Shown here: one piece after another, positions 39,242 to 50,106 of the stretch
Numbering within the stretch: position 1 is the first letter of the stretch
Layout of the letters: each line of letters begins with the position of its first letter
Source of the DNA: Pseudomonadota bacterium
GTDB taxonomy: Bacteria; Myxococcota_A; Bradymonadia; UBA4248
NCBI GenBank assembly: GCA_017441205.1
Contig: JAFRYG010000142.1
Coordinates: forward strand, 499 to 64,498
DNA length: 64,000 bases
Direction of reading: 5' to 3'
Made by a program: the position numbers and the translations under genes
Notes under the pieces: generated by a model
What the model saw: the letters and a program-made list of their open reading frames with translations, nothing else
Told to the model about the DNA's origin: nothing
Databases searched by the model: none

Positions 39242-41971
39242 ATGAGTATTCGGAAGCTTTCATTGGTTTTTGCTTGTATCGGACTGGCTGCATGTTCATT
39301 TGGCTGTGATGATGAAGTCGGCAATCTTTTGTCGTGTACACCAGGCCAGACGATGTGTGACGGCAACAGCCTGAAGGGGTGTATTGGCGTTACATGGTCG
39401 AGCATCGACTGTCCCCAGGGATGTGAGGAAACGGCTAACGGAGCTCAGTGTAAAGTTCCCGATGGTGCAGAATGTGTCGTTGACAAATGCAAGGACAGCA
39501 CGACGCTCAATAAGTGCAGCAATGACTTCAAAGTGACTGTGCAGCCCTGCGGTGCAGATCAGGAATGCGTTTTCAATGCATGTGTTGCCAAAGAAGGCGG
39601 GGATACTTGCGAAGCCGGTGCAGTGAAGTGCAGTGCTGACAATTCCGGCGTCATAAAATGCGGTGCTGACGGTAAATGGGGAGCCACGGAAGCATGTCCG
39701 GCAGGCCAGAGCTGCGATACTGCAACCAATGCCTGCGCTGAGAATGCAAAAGTCTGTGAAGCTGGGGAGAAAAAATGCGAAGGCAATGTCGCAATGGTCT
39801 GCAATAACAATAATTGGGATCAGGAAGACTGCGGCGATACCAAGGAATGCAAGGGTGGTGTGTGCGAGGAAAAAACAGGTGAGTGCGATAAATCCGCCGA
39901 TAGCTGTGCCGCCGAAGGCAAGGATTTCGATGAAGCCAACTGCGCATGCATTGAAAAGACCCCGACATGCGATAAATCTGCCGAGATTTGCGCTGCCGAT
40001 GATGGCAAGGCTTTCGACAGTGAGCTTTGCGAGTGCGTTGCTCCTAAAGAGAACTGTGAAGATGTTCCGAATTCGACACTTACGGATGGCGTCTGCGTCT
40101 GCAATGATGGTTATGAAAAGAATGCTGATGGCCAGTGTGTAGAGAAAACTGCAGCCTGCGATAAATCGGCCGAGAGCTGTGCTGCTGAAGACAAGGATTT
40201 CGATGAAGCCAAGTGCGAATGCGTTGACAAGGCTGCTGCTTGTGATAAATCGGTCGAAATTTGCGCTGCCGATGACGGCAAGGCATTCGACAGCGAGCTT
40301 TGCGAGTGCGTTGCTCCTAAAGAGAACTGCGAAGATGTTCCGAATTCGACACTTAAAGATGGTGTTTGCGTCTGCAACGAGGGCTTCGAAAAAGACGATA
40401 AAGGCCAGTGCGTAGAAAAAACTGCTGCCTGCGATAAATCCGCCGAAATCTGCGCAAAAGATGGTAAGGATTTTGATGAAGCCAAATGCGAATGCGTAGA
40501 AAAAACTGCCGAATGCAAGAAGACCGATGCAGAGTGCAGCAAAGACAACAAGAACATGAAGCTCGACGCAGAAAAATGCGAATGCGTCTGCGGTCTGACG
40601 AAGTGCGAGGATGGCAAAGAATTGGATGCAGCCAAATGTGAATGCGTCGCAAAGATTGAATGCAAATATAATGCAGATGAGAAAAAGAATGAAAAAATGT
40701 GCAAATCATCAGGCAATGCTTGGCAGCGTGGTACGTATGTCGTTTGCACTGAGAAAGGTACCTGGGGGAATGAGATTAGAGAATGTGCTGGAAATACCAA
40801 ATATTGTGATGATTATTCATCCAAAACCGAGGTGTGTACTGCCGGCTGTCATCAGGGAGATCCTGACAGATGCGCCGATGAGACCACCAGAGAGGTTTGT
40901 GAGCGACAGGGTGCGGATCACGTTTATGTAGAGCATAAATGCGGTGCGGGTGAAACCTGCAACAACGGCAAATGTGAATGTAAACCCGGTGAAAAGAAAT
41001 GCAGTGAACACGGCGGTAGAATTATCACCTGTGGCAATAACAAACAGTGGGATGAGGGAAAAAGCTGCGGCAATGGCAAGTATTGTGACGCTGAATCGAA
41101 GGAATGTGTCGATAATTGCAAGTCAGGAAGTTTAAAGTGTTCAGATTCTGGCGTATTGTCTCGGTGCGGTGATAATTCAAGGTGGAGTACAATATCCGAT
41201 TGCGGCGGCAAGGATAAGTGCTCGGATTCTACAGGATGTGTATGTAAATCCGGCAAGGATGCTGAATCCAAATGCGATGGCGATACCATCTTAACCTGTA
41301 CTACACAGGGACAACATAATCAGTATACCTATTGGGCGAAAGGTGCGACTTGCGCTGCGGGTATGTGCAAAGTCAAGGACGGTGCGGCATATTGTTCATG
41401 CACGGCTGGTACATCCCGTTGTGACGGGAATATAGCCATCGCCTGCAATAAAGATGGTAAGGAAGAAGCCGGTAAAGATTGTGGGAATCGCAGCTACTGC
41501 AGCGAACAATATGGCGGCGTATGTGCTGCAAATATTTGTCAGGCTAATGGAGACTTCTGCTTGGGTAATATGGTTGTCACCTGTAACCATGGACAGTATG
41601 AGCTTAAGAATGATTGTGGTGACAAGAAAATGTGCAGTACCAGGAATGGCGTTGCATGCCAGGAAATAGGTAAATGCGATAACCACAATACTATATGTGT
41701 TGGAACCGATGTGATGTCATGTCAGCAAGGACAATGGAAAGTCGTTAAGAAATGTTCGGCAAACAAACCTGCTCAGATTTGCGTTGAGACTACCGATAAG
41801 TATACTGGTCGCATTTCAGCTGACTGTGCTAGTGAAGAATGCAAAGACCTGGCAGTCGGATGTGATAAGGACAAGAAGAACGTTCAGGTCTGTGTCAGCA
41901 ACAAATGGCAAAATGTCGCCGATTGCTCTGCTGCCGGCATGAAATGCGATGCAGGTGTCTGCAAGAAATAA
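39242..41971 (+). CDS. Cys-rich repeat surface lipoprotein, paralog A
   Basis: GGAGGAG RBS; lipobox SFGC; repeats CDKSAEICA..DGK.FD...CECV. Confidence 0.85.
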   Translation: MSIRKLSLVFACIGLAACSFGCDDEVGNLLSCTPGQTMCDGNSLKGCIGVTWSSIDCPQGCEETANGAQCKVPDGAECVVDKCKDSTTLNKCSNDFKVTVQPCGADQECVFNACVAKEGGDTCEAGAVKCSADNSGVIKCGADGKWGATEACPAGQSCDTATNACAENAKVCEAGEKKCEGNVAMVCNNNNWDQEDCGDTKECKGGVCEEKTGECDKSADSCAAEGKDFDEANCACIEKTPTCDKSAEICAADDGKAFDSELCECVAPKENCEDVPNSTLTDGVCVCNDGYEKNADGQCVEKTAACDKSAESCAAEDKDFDEAKCECVDKAAACDKSVEICAADDGKAFDSELCECVAPKENCEDVPNSTLKDGVCVCNEGFEKDDKGQCVEKTAACDKSAEICAKDGKDFDEAKCECVEKTAECKKTDAECSKDNKNMKLDAEKCECVCGLTKCEDGKELDAAKCECVAKIECKYNADEKKNEKMCKSSGNAWQRGTYVVCTEKGTWGNEIRECAGNTKYCDDYSSKTEVCTAGCHQGDPDRCADETTREVCERQGADHVYVEHKCGAGETCNNGKCECKPGEKKCSEHGGRIITCGNNKQWDEGKSCGNGKYCDAESKECVDNCKSGSLKCSDSGVLSRCGDNSRWSTISDCGGKDKCSDSTGCVCKSGKDAESKCDGDTILTCTTQGQHNQYTYWAKGATCAAGMCKVKDGAAYCSCTAGTSRCDGNIAIACNKDGKEEAGKDCGNRSYCSEQYGGVCAANICQANGDFCLGNMVVTCNHGQYELKNDCGDKKMCSTRNGVACQEIGKCDNHNTICVGTDVMSCQQGQWKVVKKCSANKPAQICVETTDKYTGRISADCASEECKDLAVGCDKDKKNVQVCVSNKWQNVADCSAAGMKCDAGVCKK

Positions 41972-41997
41972 TAATTGATTGCAGTCGTTCATGAATG

Positions 41998-42024
41998 AAA
42001 AGCCCCGGAGACGGGGCTTTTTTA
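41998..42024 (+). terminator. Intrinsic terminator
   Basis: AAAAGCCCCG-GAGA-CGGGGCTTTTTT. Confidence 0.85.
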
Positions 42025-42104
42025 TTTGGCATTATCCAGAGGGGATGGAATCGATGTGAATGGCCGATAAAAAGAGAATCGATTACGGGGTTCTATCTAT
42101 TTAT

Positions 42105-42345
42105 ATATATTTACATATATCGTTTACGAGCCGTTTTAAAGGTCTCCTGGAATGCTCAGGTACCATCGACGCAGCTTTGCTGTAGTTTAGAATCGATACA
42201 TTTGGTTGTATAATTCCAGACATTCACCGCTTTCTGATGCATTATGTCCGGTGATACGACATGAGATGTCAGCGGAGAATACAATGTTTATCATTTTTTG
42301 TAATTTTTACAATGTATTGATTCTTACTGCAGTTAAATACATATA
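42105..42345 (-). pseudogene. Frameshifted remnant of the 3' end of the 46579-50094 Cys-rich gene
   Basis: Pieces KNQYI.KITKN, SCRITGHNASESGECL and YTTKCIDSK.QQSCVDGT*AF align with the gene's C-terminus, with frameshifts and a TGG>TGA change. Confidence 0.88.
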
Positions 42346-42663
42346 GTTATTATATTGGGTGCGTCAGGTTGATTGGCAGAGACGTTTCACAGAACGTCTA
42401 TACGGGATGATTTGGGATTGTTTGGGGAGATCATTATTGCGTATGGGAATGCAGAATCAGATGTGAATGGTGATTTTTTGATTTTGATGTTTTTTTAGTG
42501 CGGTTTATTGATTTGATGAAAAAAAGAGCTAAAATCGGTTAGCTATAGCCATGTAAGGCTATATTTGGTCTATTGTTATAGGTTGTACAAGAGTATGTAG
42601 GTTCTGTATTGAGTTAAACGGATTGTTTCGTTTTGTCAGCAACAGACAAATTGGAGGAGTATT

Positions 42664-45405
42664 ATGAGTATTCGTAAGCTTTCATTGGTTTTTGCTTGTA
42701 TCGGACTGGCTGCATGTTCATTTGGCTGTGATGATGAAGTCGGCAATCTTTTGTCGTGTACACCAGGCCAGACAATGTGTGACGGCAACAGCCTGAAGGG
42801 CTGTATTGGCGTTACATGGTCGAGCATCGACTGTCCCCAGGGATGTGAGGAAACGGCTAATGGAGCTCAGTGTAAAGTCCCCGAGGGTGCAGAATGTGTC
42901 GTTGACAAATGCAAGGACAGCACGACGCTCAATAAGTGCGGCAATGATTTCAAAGTGACTGCGCAGCCCTGCGGTGCAGATCAGGAATGCGTTTTCAATG
43001 CCTGTGTCGCGAAAGAAAACGGGGATACTTGTGAAGTCGGTGCAGTCAAATGCAGTGCTGACAATTCCGGCGTCATAAAGTGCGGTGCTGACGGTAAATG
43101 GGGAGCCACGGAAGCATGTCCGTCAGGCCAGAGCTGCGATGCAGCAACCAATGCCTGCGCTGAGAATGCAAAAGTCTGTGAAGCTGGAGAGAAAAAATGC
43201 GAAGGCAATGTCGCAATGGTCTGCAATGATAATAAATGGGATCAGGAAGACTGCGGCAATGACAGGGAATGCAAGGACGGCGTATGTGAGGTGAAACAAG
43301 CCGGATGCGATAAATCGGTCGAGAGCTGTGCAGCCGAAGACAAGGATTTTGATGTAGCCAAGTGCGAATGCGTTGAAAAGGCTGCTGCTTGCGATAAATC
43401 TGCCGAAATTTGCGCTGCCGATAACGGCAAGGCATTCGACAGTGAACTTTGCCAGTGCGTCGAAAAGAAAGATAACTGCGAAGATGTTCCGAATTCTACA
43501 CTGAATGGCGATGGCGTCTGCGTCTGCAACGATGGTTATGAAAAGAATGCTGATGGCCAGTGTGTAGAGAAAGCTGCAGCCTGCGATAAATCGGTCGAGA
43601 GCTGTGCTGCTGAAGACAAGGATTTCGATGAAGCCAAGTGCGAATGCGTTGAAAAGGCTGCTTGCGATAAATCTGCCGAAATTTGCGCCGCTGATAACGG
43701 CAAGGCATTCGATAGTGAGCTTTGCGAGTGCGTTGCTCCTAAAGAGAACTGCGAAGATGTTCCGAATTCGACTCTTAAAGATGGCGTTTGCGTCTGCAAC
43801 GAAGGCTTCGAAAAAGACGATAAAGGTCAGTGCGCAGAAAAAGCTGCTGCCTGCGATAAATCCGCCGAAATCTGCGCAAAAGATGGTAAGGATTTCGATG
43901 AAGCCAAGTGCGAATGCGTAGAAAAATCGGGCGAATGCACGAAAAAAGAAGAAGACTGCAATAAAGATAATAAAAATATGAAGCTCGACGCAGCAAAATG
44001 CGAATGCGTATGCGGTCTGACGAAGTGCGAGGATGGCAAAGAATTGGATGAAGCCAAATGCGAATGCGTCGCAAAGGCTGAATGCAAATATGACGCAAAT
44101 AAAGATAAGAATGAGAAGATGTGCAAGACTGCCGGTTCTTATACTCAGGCCGGAACATATGTCGTCTGTACAGAGAAAGGCACGTGGGATACAAAGACCA
44201 CAAACTGCGGCAACCAGAAACCGGTTTGCGATGATTCCGCTTCGAAGACGGATGTTTGTACTGGACGGTGTGGACTGAATGATCCGGACAGATGTTCTGC
44301 TGATGGTGTAAGACAGAGTTGTAATGTATTGACGGGTGCGTATGAAGATCGTCCGTGTGCAGATGGCGAAACCTGCAACAATGGTAAATGTGAATGCAAA
44401 CCGGGCGAAAAGAGATGCGCAGCAGGGCTGTTAGGTCAACCCGACAGACTTTATACCTGTGGTAATGACAAGCAGTGGAAGGAATCGAATTGCAGTGACA
44501 ATCAGTACTGCGACAGTGAAGCCAAGGCATGCATGGATAAATGTAAAAATAATGCTAGAAAGTGTTCGGATGATGGCACATACATGATTTGCAATAACGG
44601 TCGTTGGGCTAATCTCTCTGCATGCGGAGGCAAGGATAAATGCAAACAAGAATCTGGTTGTGATTGCAGCACAGCAAATGGCGGAGAGTCCAAGTGCGAC
44701 GGCGATAAGATCATGGTTTGCACACAGGTCGGTAATGCTCAGAACAGATACAATTACTGGAAAGAAGGTACGACCTGCGAAGCCGGTAAGTGCAAACAAG
44801 AGAAGAGCGGAGCCTATTGTGCATGCACTGAGGGCAGTACGCGATGCGACGGCACTAATCTCCTCGTCTGCAAAGATGGTATGGAAAAGGCTGAAGCCTG
44901 CAAGAATGGCATTTGCAGCGAAGCATTCGGCAATGTGTGCACGACGGAACGTATTTGTCGAAATGGAGAGTTATCCTGTCTGGACAACAAGATTGTGACG
45001 TGCACCAATGGACAATACGTAGTCAAAGAAGATTGCGGCGGCCAAAAGATTTGCAGCGCAATGGGGAATCAAGCCTCCTGCCGTGATTTAAAGGGTGAGT
45101 GCTTACCAACTGCTACAAAATGTTTAGGAACCAATGTGATGGAATGTGGTATGAGCGGAATGCAACTTGGTTGGAATGTCTCCAAGAAATGTGCAGAGAG
45201 TAAACCTGCTCAGATTTGCGTTGAAAATACAAACATGGGTATGACATCAGCTGCCTGCGCTAAAGAAACGTGCAAGAACTTTGCTACACAATGTGGTAAA
45301 AATAAGAAGAATATGGTTCAGATTTGCATCAACAATGAGTGGCATGATGCCACGGATTGTAACAAAGCCGGCATGAAATGCGATTCAGGTGTCTGCAAGA
45401 AATAA
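42664..45405 (+). CDS. Cys-rich repeat surface lipoprotein, paralog B
   Basis: N-terminus almost identical to paralog A; C-terminal half divergent with Cys spacing kept. Confidence 0.88.
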   Translation: MSIRKLSLVFACIGLAACSFGCDDEVGNLLSCTPGQTMCDGNSLKGCIGVTWSSIDCPQGCEETANGAQCKVPEGAECVVDKCKDSTTLNKCGNDFKVTAQPCGADQECVFNACVAKENGDTCEVGAVKCSADNSGVIKCGADGKWGATEACPSGQSCDAATNACAENAKVCEAGEKKCEGNVAMVCNDNKWDQEDCGNDRECKDGVCEVKQAGCDKSVESCAAEDKDFDVAKCECVEKAAACDKSAEICAADNGKAFDSELCQCVEKKDNCEDVPNSTLNGDGVCVCNDGYEKNADGQCVEKAAACDKSVESCAAEDKDFDEAKCECVEKAACDKSAEICAADNGKAFDSELCECVAPKENCEDVPNSTLKDGVCVCNEGFEKDDKGQCAEKAAACDKSAEICAKDGKDFDEAKCECVEKSGECTKKEEDCNKDNKNMKLDAAKCECVCGLTKCEDGKELDEAKCECVAKAECKYDANKDKNEKMCKTAGSYTQAGTYVVCTEKGTWDTKTTNCGNQKPVCDDSASKTDVCTGRCGLNDPDRCSADGVRQSCNVLTGAYEDRPCADGETCNNGKCECKPGEKRCAAGLLGQPDRLYTCGNDKQWKESNCSDNQYCDSEAKACMDKCKNNARKCSDDGTYMICNNGRWANLSACGGKDKCKQESGCDCSTANGGESKCDGDKIMVCTQVGNAQNRYNYWKEGTTCEAGKCKQEKSGAYCACTEGSTRCDGTNLLVCKDGMEKAEACKNGICSEAFGNVCTTERICRNGELSCLDNKIVTCTNGQYVVKEDCGGQKICSAMGNQASCRDLKGECLPTATKCLGTNVMECGMSGMQLGWNVSKKCAESKPAQICVENTNMGMTSAACAKETCKNFATQCGKNKKNMVQICINNEWHDATDCNKAGMKCDSGVCKK

Positions 45406-45430
45406 TGATTGATTGCAATCATGCATGAAT

Positions 45431-45460
45431 AAAAAGCCCCGGAAACGGGGCTTTTTATTT
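45431..45460. terminator. Bidirectional intrinsic terminator
   Basis: AAAAAGCCCCG-GAAA-CGGGGCTTTTT between convergent genes. Confidence 0.85.
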
Positions 45461-45519
45461 GGAATATCCTGGAGTTAAATCATTGATCCGAGCCACAAGC
45501 TCTGATTGAATTTTTATGA

Positions 45520-46500
45520 TTAATTCCAGACGCCGGCTATCTTTTGTCCGCAGTGTGAGCAAATTCCCTCTTGCATTCCACTGATTTCGGTCTGGAATCC
45601 AAACCGGCGAATGACAATATTGGTGCAGCCAGGACAGCGCGTATCGCTCGGTACGGGAACGTTGCCGGGATAGATATAATGCAGCCCTGATTGAACTGCG
45701 AGGTCCTTAGCCATGAGTATCGTTTCGACCGGCGTTCTGGGGATATCCATTGCCCGATGTGCCGGATGAAATGCACTCAGGTGAACGGGCACATCGGGGC
45801 CGAGCTTTTGGGCAATCCAGTCGAATTCGGCTTTGAGCGAGTCGGGATCATCGTTAATGCCGGGAATCAGAAGCGTCGTGATTTCGAGCCAGAAACCGGG
45901 TTTTCGATGGAGATATTCGAGCGTTTCAAGTACCGGTTTTAGGGATGCATTCGCCCATGACCGATAAAAATCTTCAGTAAATCCCTTAAGATCGACGTTG
46001 GCTGCATCGATATGTTCGAAAAGTGAATCGCGGGATTCCGGCGCCACGTAACCCGCCGTCACCATGACGTTTTTAAGGCCGTGTGCATGGGCTGCTGCCG
46101 CAGTTTTCTGTACGAATTCAGCCCATATTATGGGTTCATTGTAGGTGTAGGCAATGACCGGACAGTGATGATGTCCGGCTTCGGAGATGATTTGCTCGGG
46201 TGTCAGCTTGAATCCTCTGGCCCGACATACGGGTACCTGCGAAATGGAATCATTCTGGCAGCCTTTGCATTTGAGATTGCATCCAAAGGAACCCAGTGAA
46301 AGTGCCCCAGCCCCCGGGAGGTAATGATTGAGCGGCTTTTTTTCGATGGGATCGACGTGAATGGCCGATAAAATGCCATCGTCGACAGGAACGACCTGGC
46401 CGTTTCGTGCAATGCGTGCACCGCAGATGCCTGTCTGATTATCGGCCAATGAACAATGATGAGGACATACTGGACAGGATATTTTGTCTGACATGCTCAA
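45520..46500 (-). CDS. amrS: AmmeMemoRadiSam system radical SAM enzyme
   Basis: CPVCPHHC, DPIEKKPLNH, GCNLKCKGCQN (CxxxCxxC), YTYNEP, ANVDLKGF and EITTLLIPG. Confidence 0.9.
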   Translation of the reverse strand: MSMSDKISCPVCPHHCSLADNQTGICGARIARNGQVVPVDDGILSAIHVDPIEKKPLNHYLPGAGALSLGSFGCNLKCKGCQNDSISQVPVCRARGFKLTPEQIISEAGHHHCPVIAYTYNEPIIWAEFVQKTAAAAHAHGLKNVMVTAGYVAPESRDSLFEHIDAANVDLKGFTEDFYRSWANASLKPVLETLEYLHRKPGFWLEITTLLIPGINDDPDSLKAEFDWIAQKLGPDVPVHLSAFHPAHRAMDIPRTPVETILMAKDLAVQSGLHYIYPGNVPVPSDTRCPGCTNIVIRRFGFQTEISGMQEGICSHCGQKIAGVWN

Positions 46501-46578
46501 TTCTCATGTATTTGGTGGATTGGTTGGTGGGGGACCCTCTTTCTTTTGTTCCAAGAGAAAGAGATTCTCCCACAGCCC

Positions 46579-49500
46579 CTATTTACATTTATCGTTAGCG
46601 CAACCGTTCTCACAGGTTTCCGGGAATGCCCAGGTACCATTGACGCAGGTTTGTTGTTGTTTTGAATCTACACATCTAGTTGTATAGTCCAGACATTCAC
46701 CGCATTCTGATGCATTATGTCCCGTGACCCGGCATGAGGCATCTGGGTCACTGCATGGCTGATTATTTTTTGTGATTTTTCCAATGTATTGGTTCTTACC
46801 AGAATCAAATTCATTATAACATTTAATTGGAGAGCTGGAATAACCAAATATTAGGTAGCATAAGTAATATTCACCTTTTTGTGTTGGTCCCCAGCCACAA
46901 TAATGATCGCCCCATTCTCCATTAAAACAATGCTTAGCATTCATTCCATCTTTTGAAAAAGTATAATTCAAACAATCTCCGCAAACATTCTGATCATTTT
47001 CTTTTTTGCATGAATAGTTATTTCTGCAGCGAGAATCCTCAGACCAAAGTCCATTATTACAGGTATATTTAAGGCATGAACCGTCGATCTGATCTTCAAA
47101 TTTTACGCTGCCATCTTTACACTTGCCACATGTGATTGTACTGCCATTCATAGAGCAGCTGTTAGTTCCACATGATTCATCGTAAACCCAGACTCCATTT
47201 TTGCATTTATTAATAATATTGATGGATTGATCTTCTGTTGATGAAATACATTGATAGCTGTCATTAAGACACGTTCCGCATTCTGTTTCACTTTTACATG
47301 AAAAATATTTGTTGTCAGATGTGCAGTATGCAGGATCCGACCAGCGTCCTTTTTGGCATGTTTGGATGGACGCTTTGGCATCCTCGTCCATTTGACAATG
47401 ATTATCGTTCTCTTTACATTCGCCGCATTTATTACCATTGCAGGAAAATATTCCACAATTCATTTGTTCCTTCCAGACACCATCTTTACATAGATATTGG
47501 ATGGTTTGACCATCCTTTGTTTCACATCTATTCGCACCATTTTTACATTCACCGCATTCATTTAAGTTGCATGAGACATTTTTACATGTTTCTTTTGGGG
47601 ACAATACACCTTTGTTGCATCTTTGTTCCTCTCCAATGCCATTCTTATCATTATTGCAGATGTTGGATAAGCAGTCAGCGCATTTATCAGAATCATCCAT
47701 ACATTTTGCGAATTTTGAACACGCGCTCACTGTAATGATGTCATTTTTACATTCAAAAATATAACCATTCTCACATTTTGTTTTATAATTGTCATTGCAT
47801 GTGGCGTCGGTACATTTGTTGTTTTCGCAGGCATCGGGACAATCAACTTTTATTTCTTCTCCTTTTACGCATGATACTAACGTTTTATCTTCGCAGTGTG
47901 TTGTGCCATTTAAACAATTACCAAAACCGTCAAGTTTTGAATTACATGAAACTTTGGGGGAGTTATTTTGTGTGTCTGGTTCCCAAATACCATCTTTACA
48001 TACTTCACGTATGCATACGCCATCCTTATTCTCAATATATCTATCATCATTATTTTTGCATACGCCGCACTCACTATTTTCGTTTGAATATTGACAGGAA
48101 GCACCGTTGCATGATGTGGGTTGTTTCCAGCTCCCGTCTGAGCAAATCTCCATTGTTCCTTTGTTATTATTGTCATTGATACATTGGCTTTTGCCATTGA
48201 TGCATTCGCCACATGCAATCGTATCGGTACCTGTTTTATCTGAACATGAGTATTGGCATGATGTATCTGGTATTTCTTCCCACTGCGCATTTTGATTGCA
48301 GATAAATTTTCTGCATAATCCTTCAGCATTATTTTCAATTTTTGTATTACCTATTAAACATTCACCGCATTTGTTTTGATTACAGGAAATGTAGACATCA
48401 TTTTGATTGCATGTAATGGGCAATATCCATCGACCATCAATACAATGTTCGACGGTACCATGGTTGTTCGCATCATTGGTGCATTTTTGCGTATTATTCA
48501 GACAGTCGCCACATTTAAATAAACCTGAATTTTCTTCAGGCATACAGGAGACTTTGTCGGGACAAACATATTCACTGAATTGTTCATTACCACTATGTAC
48601 TTCCTGCCACTGACCATCCGAACAGACTTGAAATCTACAGATTAGATTTGAGTCTTCATCAAGAGTATTTTCATATTTTGTTTCTCCGTTTTTGCATTTT
48701 CCGCATGTTCCTGTGGCAGAAATGCATGAAACTGTGTCTGGGCAAGTTCCATCTGAAGTCCACGCTCCATCCTGACATATTTGTGGAGTGTCAGAGACTG
48801 GATCACATCGGCGAGTATTATTAATGCATTCACCACATGGCATTTCTGAATCAGTTATTCTAAAATCACATGAGACTTGTGAACCATTTTTATTACATTG
48901 TTTAAGTTCCTGCCATCTATTGTCTTTACATATCATTGCGGTGCAGATAAAATTGTCAGGATTGTTAATATATATAATCTCATCATTGCTGCATTTGTCG
49001 CAGGATTGACTGTCCCTGCACTTAGTCGTTTTATTGGCATCAAGCATACATGTCATTGTGTTAATCCATTGGCCATTTATACATTTTTGTTCTGTGCCAA
49101 TATTTTGACTGTTTTCTGTACAGCGGATATCATCGTTGTGGCATTCTCCACAATCTGTTTTGTTTGGTAAACACGAATTACCTGATTGTGACAGTTCTAC
49201 TGTAGGCTGCCAAATATTATCTTTACAAATTTTAATGACACAATTATTATTTTCATCATTGTCGCATCTATATTGATTTTCTTTTGAGCAACTGTTGCAT
49301 TCTGCAATTGTACCGAAAATGTGACAGCGTGTGTTGTCCGGACATGTCGTTTGTTTCCAGACTCCATCAGCACATGTCATGAGCTTGGAAATGGTGTCAT
49401 CGTTTTCACATCTAACTTTTCCATTTATACATTCACCGCATTTTCTTTCTCCATTTTCAAGCTTGCAGGAAACATGTTCGGTACACTCCGCTGCATGATC

Positions 49501-50094
49501 AAAATCAAAACTGCCGTTAACGCACTTTGCATGTTTGCAAATACTTTGATTATTACTGTCATCATTCACATATTTTTCTTCATCATTCACACACTCCCCG
49601 CAGCCATTTCCTTCTGGATTGCATGAGGTTTCACATTGCGCAGTATCCCAAGTTCCGTTATTGCATGTAGAGACTTTTCCTTTTTGAACCGTTTCATTCT
49701 CGCATATTGAATCGTTGTGCTCATAATTTATCCCATCTTTCTCACACCCTTTCCTCGCTTCTGCTTCGCAGTGAAAACCGGGGTTGTTTGGCTCTGTGTT
49801 TGCAATGCATTTGGGAAAATCTGTTGGGCAAAGGTTGTTTTCAAAATTATATTCGAAATTATGTTTATTATTATCGATTATGCAATTGGGATTCTGTGGA
49901 TTGCAATCTTCTTTTGCAATGTATTTCAGATCGCCTTTATGATTTTTAAAATAATCCTTCTCATTGATTTGAATATCGGGACAATGTTTATCCAGACGGT
50001 ATTTTGTTTCATCTACCGTAAAACTCGTCGTATCGCCGCATGCGGCGATGAGGATGGACAGGGCGATCGTAAGGTATATTGAGTTTTTATACAT
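46579..50094 (-). CDS. Very large low-GC Cys-rich repeat lipoprotein
   Basis: Lipobox IAAC; about 18 units of C..G.W....C...SC...CGEC; visibly AT-rich. Confidence 0.85.
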   Translation of the reverse strand: MYKNSIYLTIALSILIAACGDTTSFTVDETKYRLDKHCPDIQINEKDYFKNHKGDLKYIAKEDCNPQNPNCIIDNNKHNFEYNFENNLCPTDFPKCIANTEPNNPGFHCEAEARKGCEKDGINYEHNDSICENETVQKGKVSTCNNGTWDTAQCETSCNPEGNGCGECVNDEEKYVNDDSNNQSICKHAKCVNGSFDFDHAAECTEHVSCKLENGERKCGECINGKVRCENDDTISKLMTCADGVWKQTTCPDNTRCHIFGTIAECNSCSKENQYRCDNDENNNCVIKICKDNIWQPTVELSQSGNSCLPNKTDCGECHNDDIRCTENSQNIGTEQKCINGQWINTMTCMLDANKTTKCRDSQSCDKCSNDEIIYINNPDNFICTAMICKDNRWQELKQCNKNGSQVSCDFRITDSEMPCGECINNTRRCDPVSDTPQICQDGAWTSDGTCPDTVSCISATGTCGKCKNGETKYENTLDEDSNLICRFQVCSDGQWQEVHSGNEQFSEYVCPDKVSCMPEENSGLFKCGDCLNNTQKCTNDANNHGTVEHCIDGRWILPITCNQNDVYISCNQNKCGECLIGNTKIENNAEGLCRKFICNQNAQWEEIPDTSCQYSCSDKTGTDTIACGECINGKSQCINDNNNKGTMEICSDGSWKQPTSCNGASCQYSNENSECGVCKNNDDRYIENKDGVCIREVCKDGIWEPDTQNNSPKVSCNSKLDGFGNCLNGTTHCEDKTLVSCVKGEEIKVDCPDACENNKCTDATCNDNYKTKCENGYIFECKNDIITVSACSKFAKCMDDSDKCADCLSNICNNDKNGIGEEQRCNKGVLSPKETCKNVSCNLNECGECKNGANRCETKDGQTIQYLCKDGVWKEQMNCGIFSCNGNKCGECKENDNHCQMDEDAKASIQTCQKGRWSDPAYCTSDNKYFSCKSETECGTCLNDSYQCISSTEDQSINIINKCKNGVWVYDESCGTNSCSMNGSTITCGKCKDGSVKFEDQIDGSCLKYTCNNGLWSEDSRCRNNYSCKKENDQNVCGDCLNYTFSKDGMNAKHCFNGEWGDHYCGWGPTQKGEYYLCYLIFGYSSSPIKCYNEFDSGKNQYIGKITKNNQPCSDPDASCRVTGHNASECGECLDYTTRCVDSKQQQTCVNGTWAFPETCENGCANDKCK

Positions 50095-50106
50095 GACGGA
50101 CTCCCC

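Noticed and set aside
39242-45405. Diversity-generating retroelement template/variable repeat pair
   Set aside because: No reverse transcriptase or avd gene; both copies are intact genes; differences are not adenine-restricted and include indels
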